Of a DNA stretch of 37,373 nucleotides, positions 34,908 to 37,373 are shown in pieces. Each line of letters opens with the position of its first letter. Within the stretch, counting starts at the first letter, position 1. This DNA is from an uncultured Nitrospiraceae bacterium (lineage in GTDB: Bacteria > Nitrospirota > Thermodesulfovibrionia > Thermodesulfovibrionales > Dissulfurispiraceae). Location of the stretch: the NCBI GenBank assembly GCA_947085205.1, contig CAMTVO010000002.1:1-37373 (forward strand). Direction: 5' to 3'. Position numbers and translations under genes: made by a program. The notes beneath the pieces were generated by a model. The model had not been told where the DNA came from. It did no database searches and saw only the letters and a program-made list of their open reading frames with translations.

Positions 34908-36224
34908 ATGATTGATAGCATCAAAAATAAAGACGGTTTTGCCCTTGTAATTTCTATCGTAGTGCTTGCGTTACTTTTAGCCCTTGGCAGCGCTGCCATG
35001 ACAATGTCCCAGTTAGGGTATCATACCTATACGGCAGAAAAAGGATACCAGTTGGCAACCTGGGGCGCTGATTATGCAGTCTTTGCAGGGGTAAGCAGCG
35101 CTTCAACAAGCGGTACTTTAACCAGCGGGGCGAGTTATCAATATTTTTATGTAGATGGAGGTGATTATCGCTTTATTCACGGCACAGGAACTTTTGGTAA
35201 TGCAAGGGTTGTTAAGACAGTTGTTGTGCCGGCGCCGGGAAATTGGGCTGGGATGGTAACAAAAGGAGGAACAATAAATAACGGCGGTTCATCAGCTATT
35301 GCAGGCTGCGATGATGATGATAGTGATACAAGCTGCGGCGTTGTTCCGGGTGTTATATACAAAACAGGAGGTGGACTTAGTGTTTCCGGAGGCACTCAAA
35401 CGCTGACAAGCTGTACTGGAGAAGGACCTCTAAACGGTGTAGCAGGGAATCCCCCTACACAGACTAAAGACCTTCCAGATGACCTTACATCTACATATTT
35501 TAATTCGGACAACTATAGCGACTTAAAATCAGACCTCGGCACAAAATACGGTGTTGATGTTACTAACTTAACAGCAGGGACTATTCCAACCAGTTGTCAA
35601 TATACCGGCGCTTCATCATGTTCAACCACCTCATCGACCAATATTAAGTGTGGCACTACAAATATTGATTTGAGTACATGCCCGAAGGTATATATACAAA
35701 GTTCTATTTTAACTTTAAATACCAGCATTAGCAATGTCACAGTTGTTTCAGGAGGCACTGTAAATATCAGTGGAAATAATAAAACATTCACCAACACCAA
35801 TGTATTTTCAAATACATTGGATTTTGATTTAGGCGCTAATACTGAAGTTAGAGGTGGAACTCTTTATTCTTCGGGTAATACTACAATAGGCGCTAATGGA
35901 AATCCCAGCCTTGGTACGACAAGTTCACCGGTGTTGTTAATATCGGGCGGCGCTACCTTTAGCGCACCGGGAAATCTCACTATAAATGGGCTTGTATATA
36001 CCAGCGCTGCAAATATCTCTATTACAGGGTCTGTAGAATTACAGGGCGCGTTGATAAATAACAGCGCGAATGCCACTATAAACAATACCGGAAACGGGAC
36101 GATTCAATTCAACAATAGTGTTTTAAAGGAACTTTCCAGTGATTTGGGCGGTAATATAACCAAAAAACCGAACTGCGGCAATAAAAAATCTTATATTTCA
36201 AACACAAAAACCACTGTTTACTGA
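34908..36224 (+). CDS. PilX-like minor pilin with large Ser/Thr/Gly/Asn-rich C-terminal domain
   Basis: DG|FALVISIVVL lacking Glu5, as in PilX/GspK; INGLVY...LQGALI beta-rich tail; 8 Cys. Confidence 0.8.
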   Translation: MIDSIKNKDGFALVISIVVLALLLALGSAAMTMSQLGYHTYTAEKGYQLATWGADYAVFAGVSSASTSGTLTSGASYQYFYVDGGDYRFIHGTGTFGNARVVKTVVVPAPGNWAGMVTKGGTINNGGSSAIAGCDDDDSDTSCGVVPGVIYKTGGGLSVSGGTQTLTSCTGEGPLNGVAGNPPTQTKDLPDDLTSTYFNSDNYSDLKSDLGTKYGVDVTNLTAGTIPTSCQYTGASSCSTTSSTNIKCGTTNIDLSTCPKVYIQSSILTLNTSISNVTVVSGGTVNISGNNKTFTNTNVFSNTLDFDLGANTEVRGGTLYSSGNTTIGANGNPSLGTTSSPVLLISGGATFSAPGNLTINGLVYTSAANISITGSVELQGALINNSANATINNTGNGTIQFNNSVLKELSSDLGGNITKKPNCGNKKSYISNTKTTVY

Positions 36225-36271
36225 TGCTTTTTATCTGCAAATTTTTTTGGAGATTAAAGAAACGATTTTAA

Positions 36272-36316
36272 TGGTAGGCACGAGGGGTATCGAACCCCTG
36301 ACCTCTACCGTGTCAA
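36272..36316 (-). tRNA. 3' half of tRNA-Val(GAC); att junction of an integrated element, not an intact tRNA
   Basis: Minus strand TTGACAC GGTAG AGGTC AGGGG TTCGATA CCCCT CGTGCCT ACCA gives anticodon loop, T-arm, acceptor 3' strand and CCA; no D-arm or 5' acceptor strand. Confidence 0.85.
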
Positions 36317-36590
36317 TTCATTTAGGGACTTTCATTAAAGGCCTTGCAAATACCCGCAAAGCCTTGTCAATTAAGGATTTGAGAAGCTTGAAAGTCGAGT
36401 TCAATTTTTTATGTTTTATCGGTTTTTGAGCACGAAAAAGAGCACGGTGTCTTATGTGCCTATTTCCAATCATTCCGGAGCATTCCGGTTTAGATGGTCG
36501 AAAATTAACACCAGCGCGGCCACCGACACATGGATGGCATCAAAAGGATCGAGCAAATGAACCAATTGAACGGTTCACGTTGCAACACAG

Positions 36591-36905
36591 CTAAACCATA
36601 GCAGCATGCAGTTCCGTATATGCCTTTACTCTTTCCAGTGCCTTTTTCTTTTTCTCTTTGACCCTATAGAGTTCATACTGCATTTGCAGGTTAATCCATA
36701 GTTCCTCTGATGTGCCGAAATACCTTGCAAGCCTCACCGCCATTTCAGGACTGATACCCCTTTTATGGTTGATGATCTCGTTTATCGTTCTGAATGTCGT
36801 ATCAAGATCTTTAGCAAGCTGAGTCTGCGATATCCCCAACGGCTCCATAAATTCATGCAACAAAATATCCCCCGGGTGAGTGGGTTCTCTTTTAATATTA
36901 AACAT
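36591..36905 (-). CDS. higA: HigA-family HTH antitoxin
   Basis: PTHPGDIL, SQTQLA, ISPEMAVRLARYFGTS..LWINLQ. Confidence 0.93.
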   Translation of the reverse strand: MFNIKREPTHPGDILLHEFMEPLGISQTQLAKDLDTTFRTINEIINHKRGISPEMAVRLARYFGTSEELWINLQMQYELYRVKEKKKKALERVKAYTELHAAMV

Positions 36906-36918
36906 AGATTTTCCTCCT

Positions 36919-37200
36919 TCAGTGGTAATCGGTTATTTCCACTTCATAAGCATCAGAAACCTGCCATATAAAGACTATCCTATATTGGTCATTTATTCTG
37001 ATGTTGTATTTACCTTTATATTTTCCTTTTAATGCCTCAAGTCTATTCGCCGGCGGCATTTTAAGGTCGCCTAATTTTTTAGATGCATTTAAGTAATCCA
37101 GTTTACGGACAGCGACACTACAAACACCGGAAGGAAATTTTTTACTTTTTCCTGTCGTATAGAGTTGTTCAGTCTCTTTGTCCTTAAATGACTTAATCAC
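36919..37200 (-). CDS. higB: HigB-family (RelE/ParE) toxin
   Basis: MIKSFKDKETE, PPANRLEALKG, NIRINDQYRIVF, VEITDYH; toxin-first order. Confidence 0.93.
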   Translation of the reverse strand: MIKSFKDKETEQLYTTGKSKKFPSGVCSVAVRKLDYLNASKKLGDLKMPPANRLEALKGKYKGKYNIRINDQYRIVFIWQVSDAYEVEITDYH

Positions 37201-37206
37201 TTTATA

Positions 37207-37237
37207 CCACTATAACACATATAGTTATAAAACACAA
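37207..37237 (-). promoter_or_regulatory. higBA promoter with palindromic operator
   Basis: Minus strand TTGTGT-N17-TATAGT with TG extension; palindrome TATAAC-N7-GTTATA at 37211-37229. Confidence 0.7.
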
Positions 37238-37240
37238 AAT

Positions 37241-37373
37241 CGGAGATACAGAACCAGGCAGGAGGCGATTCAGGAGATCAGTGAATACATAGAAGTCTTT
37301 TACAACAGGCAGAGGAGGCAGGCACGACTTGGATATTTGTCCCCTGCGGCTTATGAACAGAAATTCTACAAAA
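37241..37373 (+). mobile_element. 5'-truncated IS3-family transposase (OrfB C-terminus) remnant
   Basis: RRYRTRQEAIQEISEYIEVFYNRQRRQARLGYLSPAAYEQKFYK, typical of IS3 integrase-core C-termini; no upstream transposase sequence. Confidence 0.85.

Larger units (their letters stand above)
36317..37373. mobile_element. Left end of a tRNA-Val-integrated genomic island
   Basis: Begins at the anticodon-loop junction; GAGCACG direct repeats at 36428-36434 and 36440-36446; carries higBA and an IS3 remnant. No integrase in the window. Confidence 0.65.

Noticed and set aside
36272..36350. Intact tRNA-Val
   Set aside because: No D-arm, 5' anticodon stem or 5' acceptor strand upstream of the anticodon loop.
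36247..36429. 60-aa ORF MEIKETILMVGTRGIEPLTSTVS...
   Set aside because: It is the antisense translation of the tRNA fragment and att region.
36470..36560. Minus-strand peptide HLLDPFDAIHVSVA resembling a PIN/VapC fragment
   Set aside because: Too short, no start codon, similarity could be chance.

Overview
Bacterial chromosomal window. Gene content and repeat style suggest an anaerobic Gram-negative lineage such as Nitrospirota (Thermodesulfovibrionia) or a deltaproteobacterium; this is inference only. Left to right: (1) the right end of an IS256-family element truncating a radical SAM/SPASM gene; (2) an AT-rich ~14.5 kb glycan biosynthesis/modification island (WbqC, NDP-sugar dehydratase, DegT aminotransferase, methyltransferases, GT4, MBL hydrolase, HIGH nucleotidyltransferase, AsnB, DUF354, TPR and GT-like proteins) ending directly before a sigma28-driven flagellin; (3) fliC-flaG-fliD-fliS and two different stator pairs flanking a PilZ gene; (4) a divergent redox module with two CRP/FNR-type boxes, including an unlisted 46-aa double-CxxC microprotein; (5) housekeeping genes (YdcH-like, ilvD, bioB, acyP, LysM-NlpC/P60, scpB); (6) a DsbC-like gene with an in-frame UGA at the active-site position (UxxC), a SECIS-like hairpin and an N-terminal CxxCH motif, overlapping a PilS/PilR-like two-component pair that precedes a sigma54-driven cluster of Cys-rich minor pilins; (7) the 3' half of tRNA-Val(GAC) marking an att junction, then higBA and an IS3 remnant. 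Nested REP-like palindromes and heptamer repeats recur, several of them in frame inside genes (flaG, fliS, bioB). The strongest novelty candidate is the putative selenocysteine/heme-c DsbC linked to pilus regulation. All calls come from reading motifs by eye; no searches were run.
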